A stretch of DNA of 64,000 bases from Rhizodiscina lignyota. Taxonomy: Eukaryota. Positions 47,462 to 58,851 of this stretch are shown here, one piece after another (within the stretch, counting starts at the first letter, position 1; every line of letters starts with the position of its first letter). A program made the position numbers and the translations under genes. Location of the stretch: contig ML978132.1 of assembly GCA_010015805.1 (NCBI GenBank), positions 124,001 to 188,000 of the forward strand, read 5' to 3'. Under the pieces are notes generated by a model. It made no database searches. It was not told where the DNA came from and saw nothing but the letters and a program-made list of their open reading frames with translations.

Positions 47462-48192
47462 GTGCTACGACTCCGAAGGACTCCAGCGCAAGATTGGGAA
47501 CAAAATTGATGGATGTAGATGCATCTACTCGGCAGTTTCTTGGAATCCACAAATCAGATTTCTCGATGTCTTTACAGGAACAGGGACGTCGCCAGACGTG
47601 AGCTATCTTTGGCGTTTTCGCGGAACCTTTTAGACATTTGTGAACTGGAGAGGTGCGGCAGACTTATTAACGGGCCAGCCTTGCACACCGATACGACACG
47701 ACATGCACTTTTAAAAGTGCCCATCGTTAATTTTCAATACAGAAATTTCATTGAATTATAGCCTTGCGGCAAAGGGTGTTGTACTGTACTAGGCACCTGA
47801 GCGCTGTCGATCCGCAAGGCTGGCCAGTCCCACGCCACTGTCTGCATCTCGGCTCCTGCAGCTGCAAGTTTGCCTGACACGATTCATCCCATGCAGCCTT
47901 GCTTGAACTCGTTCGAGTGGACCTCCGAGATGCCCTCCTCAAGCCCTTAGCCTCACAAGCTCAGCAGGTAAGTGTTTGGGTTCTGCCGCTGTCATCAGGG
48001 ACGCACAAGGCTGCACTAGCTTTTTTCTCTCGAGGCACAGCTTGACCTAGCTTGAGACTTTTGCATTCGCGCTTGCCTTCGACACTTTTCACGCAGTTCT
48101 TATTTGTGAAGTCTGTAGTTGCTAACCTCCCACATTGAAAGGGAAACGCATTCCAGAAGATCTAAACTCATCATCTAAGAGCTTCAATTGTC

Positions 48193-49981
48193 ATGACTAA
48201 GATCTTAGGGATTCAGATCGGTTCTTCTAAGTCTAAAGACGATTCTACTTCTAAACGCCATCTATCAGAGCAGCCTCAACGTGGTCATGCGGGTTCACGG
48301 AATCACGGTAAGTCTCACTACCAAACAGATTTTCTGCGTCTTCCGGACTCACTATCAAACAGATTTTCTCAGCCATGCAGCTAGACCGGACGAGCCGCCG
48401 TTGGACATGAAGCAATACGAGAATTACATTCGCAGAAGAGCGGAGGATGTCGTGGAGATGCTGCGAAAAGTAGACGGAAAGCACAAACCTCTTGATTCCA
48501 AGGCTGATCCCTGTGACAATCTCTACAATGTCCAGAGAGATTTACTTTCTCATTTCGAAAAAATGTTGAAGGACGAAACTCCACTGCGGAAGGAAAACGC
48601 TAAAATGCGGGGGGAGAAAGCTGCAATGCAAGAGGCACTGAAAGGTAAAGAGGATGATCTTGAGGACGCAAAGAAAAGATGGCAGAAAACACTGGATGAT
48701 GCGAGGGTCGAAATGCGAAAGTTGGGCGACCAAAACACCGTACTTCGCAATGATCTCGGAAATCGTGATAGAGTCCACCAGAATGCCGTGAAGGCCATCG
48801 AAGAACGCCACAGAGTCCAACTCGAGCAACACCGCACTCACGCGACGCAATTAGAGGGGGTTATTGAGAATAACAAGCTATACTATGAGGGCCAAATGTA
48901 CAAGATTAGAGAGGAATACAACCAAAAGCTCGCAGATGTGGAAGATGCGTGCGCCGCAGAAGTTGCAAAGCTTGAGAAGCAGCACAATCAAGAAGTGACA
49001 ACGTTAAAAACCGATTCCGAGAAGGAGAGGAAGTTGATGTTATCGAGGCATAAGGGCGAAAAGGATGAGCTGAATTCAAAGATGCAGAGGATGGAGACAG
49101 TTCACGGCCAGGAGTCCGTGAGGCTGAAAAATGCATTGGTCACTCCAGCGGATGCCATACCAGCTCTGACTGACAGTGATCTCAAGGATCAAGTGAAAGA
49201 GCTGAGGACCCTGATTGTTTCTCTCTCTAGGGCTCCTTTCTGGTCGAGACCTGCGCCCGATGCACAGACACTCGGGCAGTTACATGGACAGGGTGATCTT
49301 GCTCGACGAGTACCATCAAAACACCTTCGATATATACTCGAGAGCGTGATATGGAAGATCATTATTGACGGGTTCTTTATTCCTCAATTTGGATTCCAGT
49401 CTCTTGGATCTTACGGTCGTCATGTCCTAAATGAATGGTGCCGACTGTTCAACAGAGGTAGACCCATATCTCTGGCGCTCTGAGTGTAAAGCTAATCTGT
49501 ACTAGATTCCTCGACAGATTCGTTTCCACGTCCGGATGGGCTCGCCGAGCAGTGGAGATCCGTGACCTTCGAACAGCTCCGACGAAAAAGAACCCAACCA
49601 AGTGCAATCACTGAATTCATCAGAAGCTCTGAGGAAAACTTTGAAACTGTCCTTCGAAAGCTCATCACCGCCTTCGGAAAGGTGTCTTCAGACAATAAGC
49701 AAGACGACATGCAGGTCATCGCGGAGAAAGCACGGTCACTCGCGCTTCTCTTCGGGACGCAGCGGGCAAGGCTGGAACTGTACCTTCCACAGCCAAACCA
49801 GAGGTTTGGCAACGGAGATCCCGCAATTGAGAACTGTAACGATTCGATGCCTCACAGCAGCTCTGGGGGCGTAGTGCTTTTCGGTGTGTCCCCAGGGCTA
49901 AGGAAACAGGGCGACGCTCGTGGGGGCTCTTTGGATCGTATTGACGACCTGCAGCCTGCTATGGTTTATCTTGGTGCTTGA
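48193..49981 (+). CDS. Coiled-coil protein with a helical plus beta C-terminal domain (possibly GrpE/Mieap-like); 3 exons, introns 48308-48380 and 49458-49505
   Basis: Both introns splice in frame. A heptad-rich stretch of about 200 aa is followed by LTDSDLKDQVKELRTLI, EQWRSVT and C-terminal VVLFGVSPGLRKQG...LQPAMVYL. Confidence 0.7.
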
Positions 49982-50858
49982 TGTCCGAGACTCCAATCGT
50001 AGTTCGTGTGTGCAGACCTCGTACTCCGCCTGTATCTAGTGGCTCGCAACTATGCAGGCACCTTGAATCGTTGCACCCTGCTGCTTAGCGCTCTTCAAGC
50101 TTGCACTCTGACCGGCGTCTGTACCACGGCACAACTGTGAAGCATGCCATGTGACGAGAAGCCTCGTTTCCCAGGTCCTTGCCGACTGGTTTGCATTACT
50201 CCGTAGGGTGAGGCTCATCCTGTCAAGGACGTCGAGTCGCATCTCTTTCGCCTTGATACGAACTCAGCTTGATGCCTTGTGGAGCGCGGACCGTTGCATA
50301 TGTATGACCATGCCATTATTCATCAGGCCGAGGGACATTGGTTAAGACAACTAGACAACGTATGATGAAAAGAAGTTGATACACGGGCCACTTGCACCCC
50401 TGAGACCCCGCAACCCAAGACGGGGCGCGGACCGCCTGTAAGGCTGTGTCAACCCTGAACCTTGTTACGATACCTTGCTACCTTGAGCTTTCGGTGGAGA
50501 AATCTATCCGGGCCGGTGTATCTAGATATTCCGCCAGCATTGCTTCGACCGCAAGGCTGAAGGATTGTAGACAGTTTCTTCAATTCGCCGCAGGCAATAG
50601 CGAGTGCTAAGACTTGCCATGCTGGCCCTCGCTGGCATCATGATGGGCTATATTGACCACTCAGGTCATATCTCTCTAGTCTCGCGACAGCGTGTTGTGG
50701 CGCCCCCTTCAACTCGTTTGCACTCACTCTACTCTCCCATCCCTCTCATGGAATTCGAATATTACCATTCGTTCATTAGTCTATTCAGATATATTCCAAT
50801 CTCTTGATATATATTGTGGGCCCAATCGCAATACTAGAGAACTTCGGACACCCTCAGG

Positions 50859-52217
50859 ATGGCACATGTTTCCCCCGTCGACCTCGAGGTCATTAGCGAT
50901 TTGTACGAAAACATTGAGCGCAATCCCCCCGCCATAGATGCCAGGGAGCTATTGATTGGACAATGGCTCAACGCTGGAGAGATGGAAATGGCCAAAGGCG
51001 CTGCAGAGGAGCTTCTGGTCGTCGCACCGTCCAACGCTTTGGCGCAGAGCATTCTCCAAAAGCAATCGCCTAAACCGAAAAGCTCAAGAAAAACATCTCT
51101 CAAGAAGTCTGCATCTTCTACGCCGGAGCCCTCTCGTTTAGCGAAAAGTACATCAAGAGTTAAAACGCGAAATGGCCAGGCTGAGCAATCAAGCCCCGAC
51201 AGAAAGATCCTAGAGAAGGACTTAACTAATGCTCATGCTTGCCTGGTAGCTCGCGCGAAGGGTCTACTAAGAGATGTTACAGTGGTGCGAAACATCCTGG
51301 GCCCACAAGTGGAAGATGGGGGTCCTTTCGGAGAACCCAAGACTCTCTTGGCTGACCTTAAAGCACTTTCTGAAGGCCGGATCAGCGAGGTCGTCACAGG
51401 GAAAATCCCACAAAGTGCGCGGGCACTGGCACGTTCCATGGTCTACAATGAGAGCGCCGCTCCTGGTCTTGCCCTCGACGATCTCGAATACTTCATTCGA
51501 TGGATGCAAGCGGAACACGAATCAGACAGTGATATTATTCGGGAAGCTGTCGCAAAACGAACGAATGTCCTGGCTGCAGCGCTGCCTGAGGAGCTTGAAT
51601 ACCTTGCCTATCAGGCAATGATGCATGCGGAGCATGAAATACTCGGACGGACTTACGTGAACGCGGAGACAATGGTCGCGTTCGAGCCTGTGGGAAGCAT
51701 TCCCAGAGAGCAATTTTGGGCCAGCGAGGACGGATATGCGTGGGACATGCAAGAGCTAGCGGGTGCTCTTTCGTCCAATGAAGGCGTCATGCGTAATCCG
51801 CTGAGCAGACAGATGTTCTCGCCAAACGATGTCCGTGCTATTATGCAGCACCCACTTTGCAAGCATCTTGGGGAGAAACGACGCCAGCAGGCACGGATGA
51901 GCCAAGGCGTCCGACTACCAACTATTCAGAAACTTGAAGAGCTTGCAGGAAAACTCTTGGCAGACCAGAGCGCCGATCTGACTGCTAGTCGGAAAGCCAT
52001 CGACGAATTTCTGAATTACAAGGCTTCCTTATTATCGACCGAGAGCGAGGCCATGGAATCGCTGCGAGTACCTGCAAAGGACAGCCACAGTGGGATCGCG
52101 TTTGACTGCAGCATTGGCGAGGCCCTGCGAGACGCTCAAGCTAACAAGGTTTGCATGCATAAGACTGGCGATTTCATTGGCCAGGCAGCGAAGTATTTGC
52201 GGTCGCACTTGGATTAG
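50859..52217 (+). CDS. Hypothetical protein (452 aa) with a TPR-like N-terminus and a U-box/RING-like segment
   Basis: Intronless ORF with AEELLVVAPSNALAQ (TPR-like) and SEDGYAWDMQEL...MRNPLSRQMFSPND (U-box-like pattern). Confidence 0.65.
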   Translation: MAHVSPVDLEVISDLYENIERNPPAIDARELLIGQWLNAGEMEMAKGAAEELLVVAPSNALAQSILQKQSPKPKSSRKTSLKKSASSTPEPSRLAKSTSRVKTRNGQAEQSSPDRKILEKDLTNAHACLVARAKGLLRDVTVVRNILGPQVEDGGPFGEPKTLLADLKALSEGRISEVVTGKIPQSARALARSMVYNESAAPGLALDDLEYFIRWMQAEHESDSDIIREAVAKRTNVLAAALPEELEYLAYQAMMHAEHEILGRTYVNAETMVAFEPVGSIPREQFWASEDGYAWDMQELAGALSSNEGVMRNPLSRQMFSPNDVRAIMQHPLCKHLGEKRRQQARMSQGVRLPTIQKLEELAGKLLADQSADLTASRKAIDEFLNYKASLLSTESEAMESLRVPAKDSHSGIAFDCSIGEALRDAQANKVCMHKTGDFIGQAAKYLRSHLD

Positions 52218-52611
52218 TTTAAGTGAGGCTGATCCGGGAGCCTACATCTGTTGCCTCGTTGCCTGCCAAGCCCGACGGAGGCCAGACCGAATTTCAAAAA
52301 CGCCTTATGACCGTCAGCATTGTAATAAATTTCCAGAACTCATTATTTCAGTGAATGTCCACTTCTTTTGGCCTTCGTTACGTTTGACTTCTATACTGTG
52401 TGATATTTCCTACCTCAGCAATTGTGATCCAAAGAGTCGTCCACAGTATGTAGGGCTTTTCTATGCGATACTTGACCTGAGCGGTTACCAGTTAATTTCA
52501 CTACCTGTTTAACCAATCAGGGCCTGGGCAACATTTGAGGTATCGTTGGGCGTCTCTAAACATCTGCTGTGGTTTTTGCCTCTTGATCATGAGGCTCTTC
52601 CATTCTTTCAG

Positions 52612-55600
52612 ATGCCGCTCTTCAATCGCAAATCGCAGGAGAGCCTATGGCATCAACAAATTGAAGCACGTATAGCAGCGCAGAGATTTCCTGACGATGT
52701 CGGAGAATTTTCATTTCCTATCGAAGACTTGAAGAAGGTTACATCACAATATCTGGTCAAGCGCAAATTGGAATCGATCTCGACAAAATGCGACGAGCAG
52801 CTCGAGCGCCTTCTCGAAGCGCAAAAGTTCGGTGATCTTGTTGGCAGGCTTAGTGCCTTTGTCTCTTGTCTGCCGTTCCTCTCTCCCTCCTCCGCGCGAT
52901 CTCTCGTAGTCGCGAACATTCGGCTCGATGGCGCCACTACCAGCCATGCCGAGCTTCAACTTCTTCTCCGTTTTATCGTCATTGCCCAGGAGATTAACGG
53001 TGGCTCGTTGCGAGAGGAGGAACTCGACTACGTCTCCAGGCTAATCAAATTTGCCTCTCCTCAAATAAACTTCCTGGGGACTCTACTGAAGGACCACTTC
53101 GCCCAGGAAAAGACGTTGACGTCCAAGAATGCATTATCGACTCTGAACATATCTCACCTCGTCGATGGCGCATGCAAGCGTTTTGCGAATCATCTCCTCA
53201 CTCTTGAGCAGAATGGAAAATTATTTTTAGCATATGTTGAAAGCTCCTGGTTCAGCAAAATTGCAAACGATGCAGAGATTTCTCGAACACTTAACAATAA
53301 CATTTCGGAATGGAAATCCTGGACAGAATGGCGACCAGACACGTCACGTCTCAAGCGCTGGGAGAAACTGACGGATGATCACATAGCGTTGCTCCAAGAT
53401 CTTCTTGTGCTTGAAGGACGCGATACCACGGGAAGCGGAAAAGGGACGCTTTTGGAGGCTCTTGATAGCCGTCGATCTCGCCCTTCAGATTCAATCAGTT
53501 GTGAGGCGATGGTTATAACCCCTGCAGGCGGTGATATTCGCGCAGAGCTTGACAACCTCTTCGATGGGCTCGATGCTGCCCTAGGGATCGGGCCAAACGC
53601 TGTCTTGTTATTCGCTCATCTCTGCGGCCAGGGACAGGCGAACGCGAGAACGGTGGATATAATCAGTGCAATAGAGCAAGCCGGAGTAGTTGCTACAGCA
53701 AGCAAAGCGGTGCTCGACTTCTTCATATCGATTTCAAACAACAGCAAAATCACGTATATCAACAAGATAAAAGACACGAATAAACTCGTAGCTATCATGC
53801 GATTGCTTCCAGTTTTGGGGAGCAACGACCGTTTGCGTCAGTTGCTGTCAAGCGTTTTGTCGTCCGAGATTGGGCCAGCACTGCGAGCTGCACAAGACAC
53901 ACTTGCGACGCAGATCAGGAAAGGTGGTACTGGAGAGACTGTCGGCATGCGCATCTTTAGCTTTGGAAGCCTCTTGACTGCGTCTGAATGGCTTCAGCCA
54001 TTCTTTTCGACCGAAATCCAGATCTTTGCCGCTGGCTTGCCGACGGAGGATAAACTACTTGCAGTGTTCAAGCATCGTGTGGCAATTCGAGAGGACGGAC
54101 TAATATTTGAGCATGAAGAGACAAGTAATTTCCTCATGGCCACACTTGCCGGTCGTGGCACTTCGGATCAAGGAGCACACGACATGGCTTTGGGGCTCGC
54201 GACGGTGTACCAACGACCGATGGATTCCGACCGCCGCGCAATCACAGTGTTTTTCACGAAGGCTTCGAAGGATTACAATATCGATTCGACCCTAGTTAAG
54301 CAGTGCCTCGATGAGCTCCACGAAGCACAAGATTGGTTCACTAAAGGCCTTGCTTCAATCCTGATCAAGAGATCTGACACCCTTGACTTAACTTGCGCCC
54401 AGTTCATGGATCTCCTGATGCAGCTGCTCCAACGGGATCCTCATATGCACAGTGAATGCTGGAGAAAACTGTGGCTTTCCATGTTTGAAGTACATATACC
54501 CCAGATTCTTGGACTCATGGCAGTGAAACTTTCATTGTCCTCATGGTTCCAATGGACGTCGAATCTCCACGCTTTGATCGGGACAGGAAATCCATTTGTA
54601 GCCAGCAATATCGATCTTGAAGTTTTCTTCTCCTGGACCGGGACATTAAAATCAGACCACTCTCTTGCTCTCGGCCGACTCGAGAAAGCCCTTAATGGCC
54701 GCCGGGATCTGCGATGGATCTATTTGCGCGAAACAGAGATCGCCGTTTCACTACTCCATCTGCTGGATAGTCCCACAGATGCTCCTTTACGAGAGGTAGA
54801 AAATGTCATTCTCTCCAGACTTATTCCCGAAGGAGGCAATGCGAGTGCTATTTGCGCTGCTCTGTCAAGGCTGTCCAAATCATCTGAGGTTGGGATCGAA
54901 GCCTGCCGAGCAGTGGTTCGCCGATATGACAAGTCGAGGCAGGAAATCTCACGAGCGATTTTCTCTGGATGGCTAAAGGATGAGGGCTTGTCGCCGAGCG
55001 ACAGAAGAACTATCGAATCTGTCGGTGCATTGCTTGGTGTCAACTCGCTAAACGAAAGCGAAGTAATCGTGGCTAAGGCTATTCTGGTTAAGGAGTACGA
55101 GGCTGTGATTAAAAGTGCTAATTCCTTCGACTCTCTACGAATAGCTCTAAAATTGGATGATGCACCGCGAACAAAAGTCATTCTGGCTCAACTTGGAATC
55201 GAAGACACCTCCATTTCCGGCGTCACTAACCTGGATGTACCACCGTCGCTTATACACTACATAGAGCTCGTCGATGACGGTATCTATGAGCTATCCTTTC
55301 CAATCGTTCAAATGCGGCCCTTTAAACGAAAAGCCCTCGGAGTTCCAACGACCTCTAGAATGATTATTGTACGCCTCAATCTTCGGTACGGCTTTAGTTC
55401 GCCTTCTTTCTGCGTTCATCTCGACCACGGCATGAAACCTGAGGACAACGCAGAGCACACATTCTGGAGGACGAGCCGAAGTAGTGGTGCTCCAAATCGA
55501 TCATTTTGCGGCCAACCAACGAGTCGATTCCTGTATCACGCCAGTCGCGCTCTGTGGAAGCACCTTCAGGAGGGCGTTGAAACTTTAGAATCAGCCTACA

Positions 55601-56508
55601 ATGCGATGAGCAAAATCCTGGAAGACCTGTCTCATCAGTGCTTAGTTTGTGGAACCTCCTTAGGTCGTCTCCTCCGTTCTTCAGTCTGTAGTGGGCCATG
55701 CTCGTTCAGCTTGAGCCAAGCTGCTCTTGAAGTGCGGCTCGAAGACTTGAAGAGTGATTCTCCTGTCGTTGATGCGCTGCTGGCTGGAATCTACGCAGCT
55801 GCAGTGCTCAACAGGACCGATGTCACTCTACTGCCTGGATGTCCCTTAGGTAATAGCGTCATCAAAGCGGAACTTGGCTACTTTCCCCCGATGTCTTCAT
55901 TTAAAGACATCAGCAGTTTTGCAACAGACGTCCGAGCGCTCGGGCAAACAGCTGTCGACCTATTATCATGGACCTGTACGACTTATCGTGGCTTCCTCAC
56001 CTCTGCAACACATGGCCTTCGAATCCCAAGCATGCCCAACGTCCATCAATTCGTCTTAGCTAATGCAGCCCCTGGGCTTGAATCCGCCTTTGCCACCAAC
56101 TTCGCTACCTATGGAAGTACCGTACTGTTCCACGGAACCTCTCTCGATCGGCTGTACTGCATCCTGCGGGAAGGACTTCGCGTCGTGAGTGGCACAGGTC
56201 TTCAGCAGCATGGAGCCACCAGTGGACATGGTATCTATCTAGCAGACGAGCCCTCGACGTCGACAGGATATTTTGGTTCCGCATCGTCGTGGCGGGGAAG
56301 CGCATATCAAAACGTCGGTGTGTTGCTGGCATGCGAGTATGCTGGGCCTCCGTCACGATCCATCGGGATACAAGTCGTTACGGACCCAAGCATGGTCATT
56401 GTTCGATATGTATTTCTCTGTCCACATGGCTTTGTCGCTCCAATGAGAAAGGATATTGTACCTGCGATTGAGATAGCCTGTTCGTCTCTACGCTCCGGGT
56501 CTGTGTGA
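52612..56508 (+). CDS. Large protein (~1298 aa) with a C-terminal PARP-family ADP-ribosyltransferase domain (PARP6/8/16-like)
   Basis: VLFHGTS...ILREGL...HGATSGHGIYLADEPSTS...LLACE...IQVVTDPSMVIVRYVF, preceded by CLVCG...VCSGPC. First ATG is at 52612. Confidence 0.85.
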   Translation: MPLFNRKSQESLWHQQIEARIAAQRFPDDVGEFSFPIEDLKKVTSQYLVKRKLESISTKCDEQLERLLEAQKFGDLVGRLSAFVSCLPFLSPSSARSLVVANIRLDGATTSHAELQLLLRFIVIAQEINGGSLREEELDYVSRLIKFASPQINFLGTLLKDHFAQEKTLTSKNALSTLNISHLVDGACKRFANHLLTLEQNGKLFLAYVESSWFSKIANDAEISRTLNNNISEWKSWTEWRPDTSRLKRWEKLTDDHIALLQDLLVLEGRDTTGSGKGTLLEALDSRRSRPSDSISCEAMVITPAGGDIRAELDNLFDGLDAALGIGPNAVLLFAHLCGQGQANARTVDIISAIEQAGVVATASKAVLDFFISISNNSKITYINKIKDTNKLVAIMRLLPVLGSNDRLRQLLSSVLSSEIGPALRAAQDTLATQIRKGGTGETVGMRIFSFGSLLTASEWLQPFFSTEIQIFAAGLPTEDKLLAVFKHRVAIREDGLIFEHEETSNFLMATLAGRGTSDQGAHDMALGLATVYQRPMDSDRRAITVFFTKASKDYNIDSTLVKQCLDELHEAQDWFTKGLASILIKRSDTLDLTCAQFMDLLMQLLQRDPHMHSECWRKLWLSMFEVHIPQILGLMAVKLSLSSWFQWTSNLHALIGTGNPFVASNIDLEVFFSWTGTLKSDHSLALGRLEKALNGRRDLRWIYLRETEIAVSLLHLLDSPTDAPLREVENVILSRLIPEGGNASAICAALSRLSKSSEVGIEACRAVVRRYDKSRQEISRAIFSGWLKDEGLSPSDRRTIESVGALLGVNSLNESEVIVAKAILVKEYEAVIKSANSFDSLRIALKLDDAPRTKVILAQLGIEDTSISGVTNLDVPPSLIHYIELVDDGIYELSFPIVQMRPFKRKALGVPTTSRMIIVRLNLRYGFSSPSFCVHLDHGMKPEDNAEHTFWRTSRSSGAPNRSFCGQPTSRFLYHASRALWKHLQEGVETLESAYNAMSKILEDLSHQCLVCGTSLGRLLRSSVCSGPCSFSLSQAALEVRLEDLKSDSPVVDALLAGIYAAAVLNRTDVTLLPGCPLGNSVIKAELGYFPPMSSFKDISSFATDVRALGQTAVDLLSWTCTTYRGFLTSATHGLRIPSMPNVHQFVLANAAPGLESAFATNFATYGSTVLFHGTSLDRLYCILREGLRVVSGTGLQQHGATSGHGIYLADEPSTSTGYFGSASSWRGSAYQNVGVLLACEYAGPPSRSIGIQVVTDPSMVIVRYVFLCPHGFVAPMRKDIVPAIEIACSSLRSGSV

Positions 56509-57038
56509 ATGAAGAATGGGCGTCACGAGTAGCTACGAACTCACGATTTCATGAGGTGTGGATTTTTGCATAGCGGCTGACGATGCGCCTTCAAACTGTA
56601 CTGGTATGAGATGTTCGTTTTATACAATTGGCCTGACAAAATCCGTCGCTTTGATATTTGTGTTTGCACGAGCGCTTTCGGCGTGTCTTACAAGTTACTG
56701 TCACAACTCTGGAGTCTTGACTGCGGGCACCACTTACTTTTCTCTCATGATATTACATCGTATCTGATACATCATCAATTCATTTGTGAAAACACCGAGT
56801 TGAATGTCACATATGTTGAATTCGCTATGTGACTAGCATCTCCGTAATCCATTGCACCATTTTCCTTGTCCCAAGAGCAAATTCCCATCGCATGCTTCAA
56901 CTCCAATGAGAAATCCAAGAGAGTATGAACACCTCATGGTGACCAAGAATTGATCTAATTCCACCGCCGTCCATTGTATTCTCTATGCGTAGAGAGGCTG
57001 AGATCGTTGTTTCCGTAGCGGAACATTATCGCCGAGAT

Positions 57039-57257
57039 TTAGTTGCAGTAACCGCAGAACGGGTTCGAGTTGACGGTTGCTTCACAAATCGACTGGCCAC
57101 ACGCGTGGCAGGCAGGGAACTTCTCGTCCAGGCAGTTTTGGATCTGCTGATTGCAGAGGATTCCGCAGCTGACAGGAGGGCCGACAATAGGCACAGCGCC
57201 CACAAGCTTGAGCATGCCAGTGGCGAAGAAAGCGACAGATGTGATGAGGAACTTCAT
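57039..57257 (-). CDS. Small secreted cysteine-rich protein (72 aa, 8 Cys)
   Basis: Signal peptide-like MKFLITSVAFFATGMLKLVGA/VP, followed by a mature part of about 51 aa with 8 Cys. Confidence 0.7.
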   Translation of the reverse strand: MKFLITSVAFFATGMLKLVGAVPIVGPPVSCGILCNQQIQNCLDEKFPACHACGQSICEATVNSNPFCGYCN

Positions 57258-58851
57258 ATTGCTGGAGATGTGGTACCGTGCTTTTCTTTGAGTCGGAAGT
57301 AGACTGAAGCTGGAGTGATGGTTGACGATCGGTTCGCAGAGTTGTGCTTGTGGAGTTTTGAGATTCCGCTGTGATGGAGAGTAGAAGAAGGTGGAGAGTT
57401 AAGAATTTCCCGTGCTTCGAGAATTTAAAGTTAAATTCTTCCATTACTCGTTAGGTATCGCTCCATGCCGTGTTCCTTCAATTGCCGATCGAATCCGCTG
57501 TTGCAGGTGTTGTCTCCGGTATCACAAGTTGAGTCTTCACAACTTCGCCGAGCGTTTCCAAATACAAGGGCGCGGAATGACGCCATTGCAAATACCGTAT
57601 GGCCATATTATAGTGCATCACTTGAGCCGCATAATGTTGAAGCCGAGAGAGATATCCGGGAGCACTTCCCCTAATCACCCCGCCACTAATAATGGAACGC
57701 ATGTGACGACTAGGAGTACATAGTCGTAATGCACTGACATGAAGTTGCTCATTAGATCTTCTGTAGCTAAAGGGCTGCACACACGCATTAGAACGGAGCG
57801 GGAAAATGGCATGCTAAGAGTGTCCGTGGGCTGTTGTGGTCCCTATCCACAAAGCCGAGAGTATGTGGTATCGAACATCACCATCTTCTGCAACATAAGA
57901 TATGAAAGCCTGACGTGATCCAGAAGCCAAAGTATCAGAAATTCGGAACAAGGTATGCATTGCCGTTAATTCTCTTTTAAGCCTCAAAAGGAGAACCGAA
58001 GTTGTTTGACGCCGAGTAGTAGCCAAACAGCTCCAGGAGATGCTTGGCAAGTGTAGCCAGCCACCTGCAGGAAGCGATCTCAAGGCAACTCAGAGACTGA
58101 CAGAGAAGATACAATAGAAAAGGTAAGTGCATCGACAAAACTTATCAAAGGTCCAACAAAGCCTGATGAGCTGCCTGCCTATCCGTGTACACGTGGGCAA
58201 GCCATGGCTGCAAGCGAGGCTCTCGATCACATCGGCATACCACTCATCCGCTCTTGTGTAGCTATTTGATGTATGCAAAACAAGTGGAAACCTTGGCGCT
58301 ATCCTGTCCGCAGTCAAACCAAGACATGATGAGTCCCTCTCGAACTTGCGCACCGATGAAGTTCTCTGGGCAGTGTCGCACACAATGTAAAGATTCGTCT
58401 CACGAGTCTGGCGTGAAGGCGCTGGCAGGTTTTGTCAACAACGAAGGAGAGGGAGTTGGTAGATTTGCCACTTGCGCGGCTTTAGAGCTGTTCCGCGCTC
58501 CTTACTGCTAAACTGGACTATTATTGTTCAGGGGCAAGCGGGATTGTCTCTGCGAGCTCAATTTCATTTGAGATCGTTTTCGACACGGATTTACAGCTCC
58601 AAAGTTTGGTTTCACCTGTAAACTGATGAAGATACTCACCCTAAAATAACTTGATTACAGAGATTCAATAGTGGGTGGAAGCAGATCAGACATTCAAATA
58701 ATGTGTATTGTGGTTAAATCGTCACGAGGAGCATCATCTCGGTACTACCATTTGTCACCCAACCAGTCCCATGTCGACCTTTAAACCTACCAGCCGGAAC
58801 TCCAGTCTATATACATGGTATTTGCCTCAACCATAACGCAAAACAGAAGAC

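Noticed and set aside
52546..52611. TTG-initiated N-terminal extension of the PARP-like ORF
   Set aside because: ATG 52612 is the simpler start. An upstream exon spliced to the TTTCAG just before it cannot be excluded.
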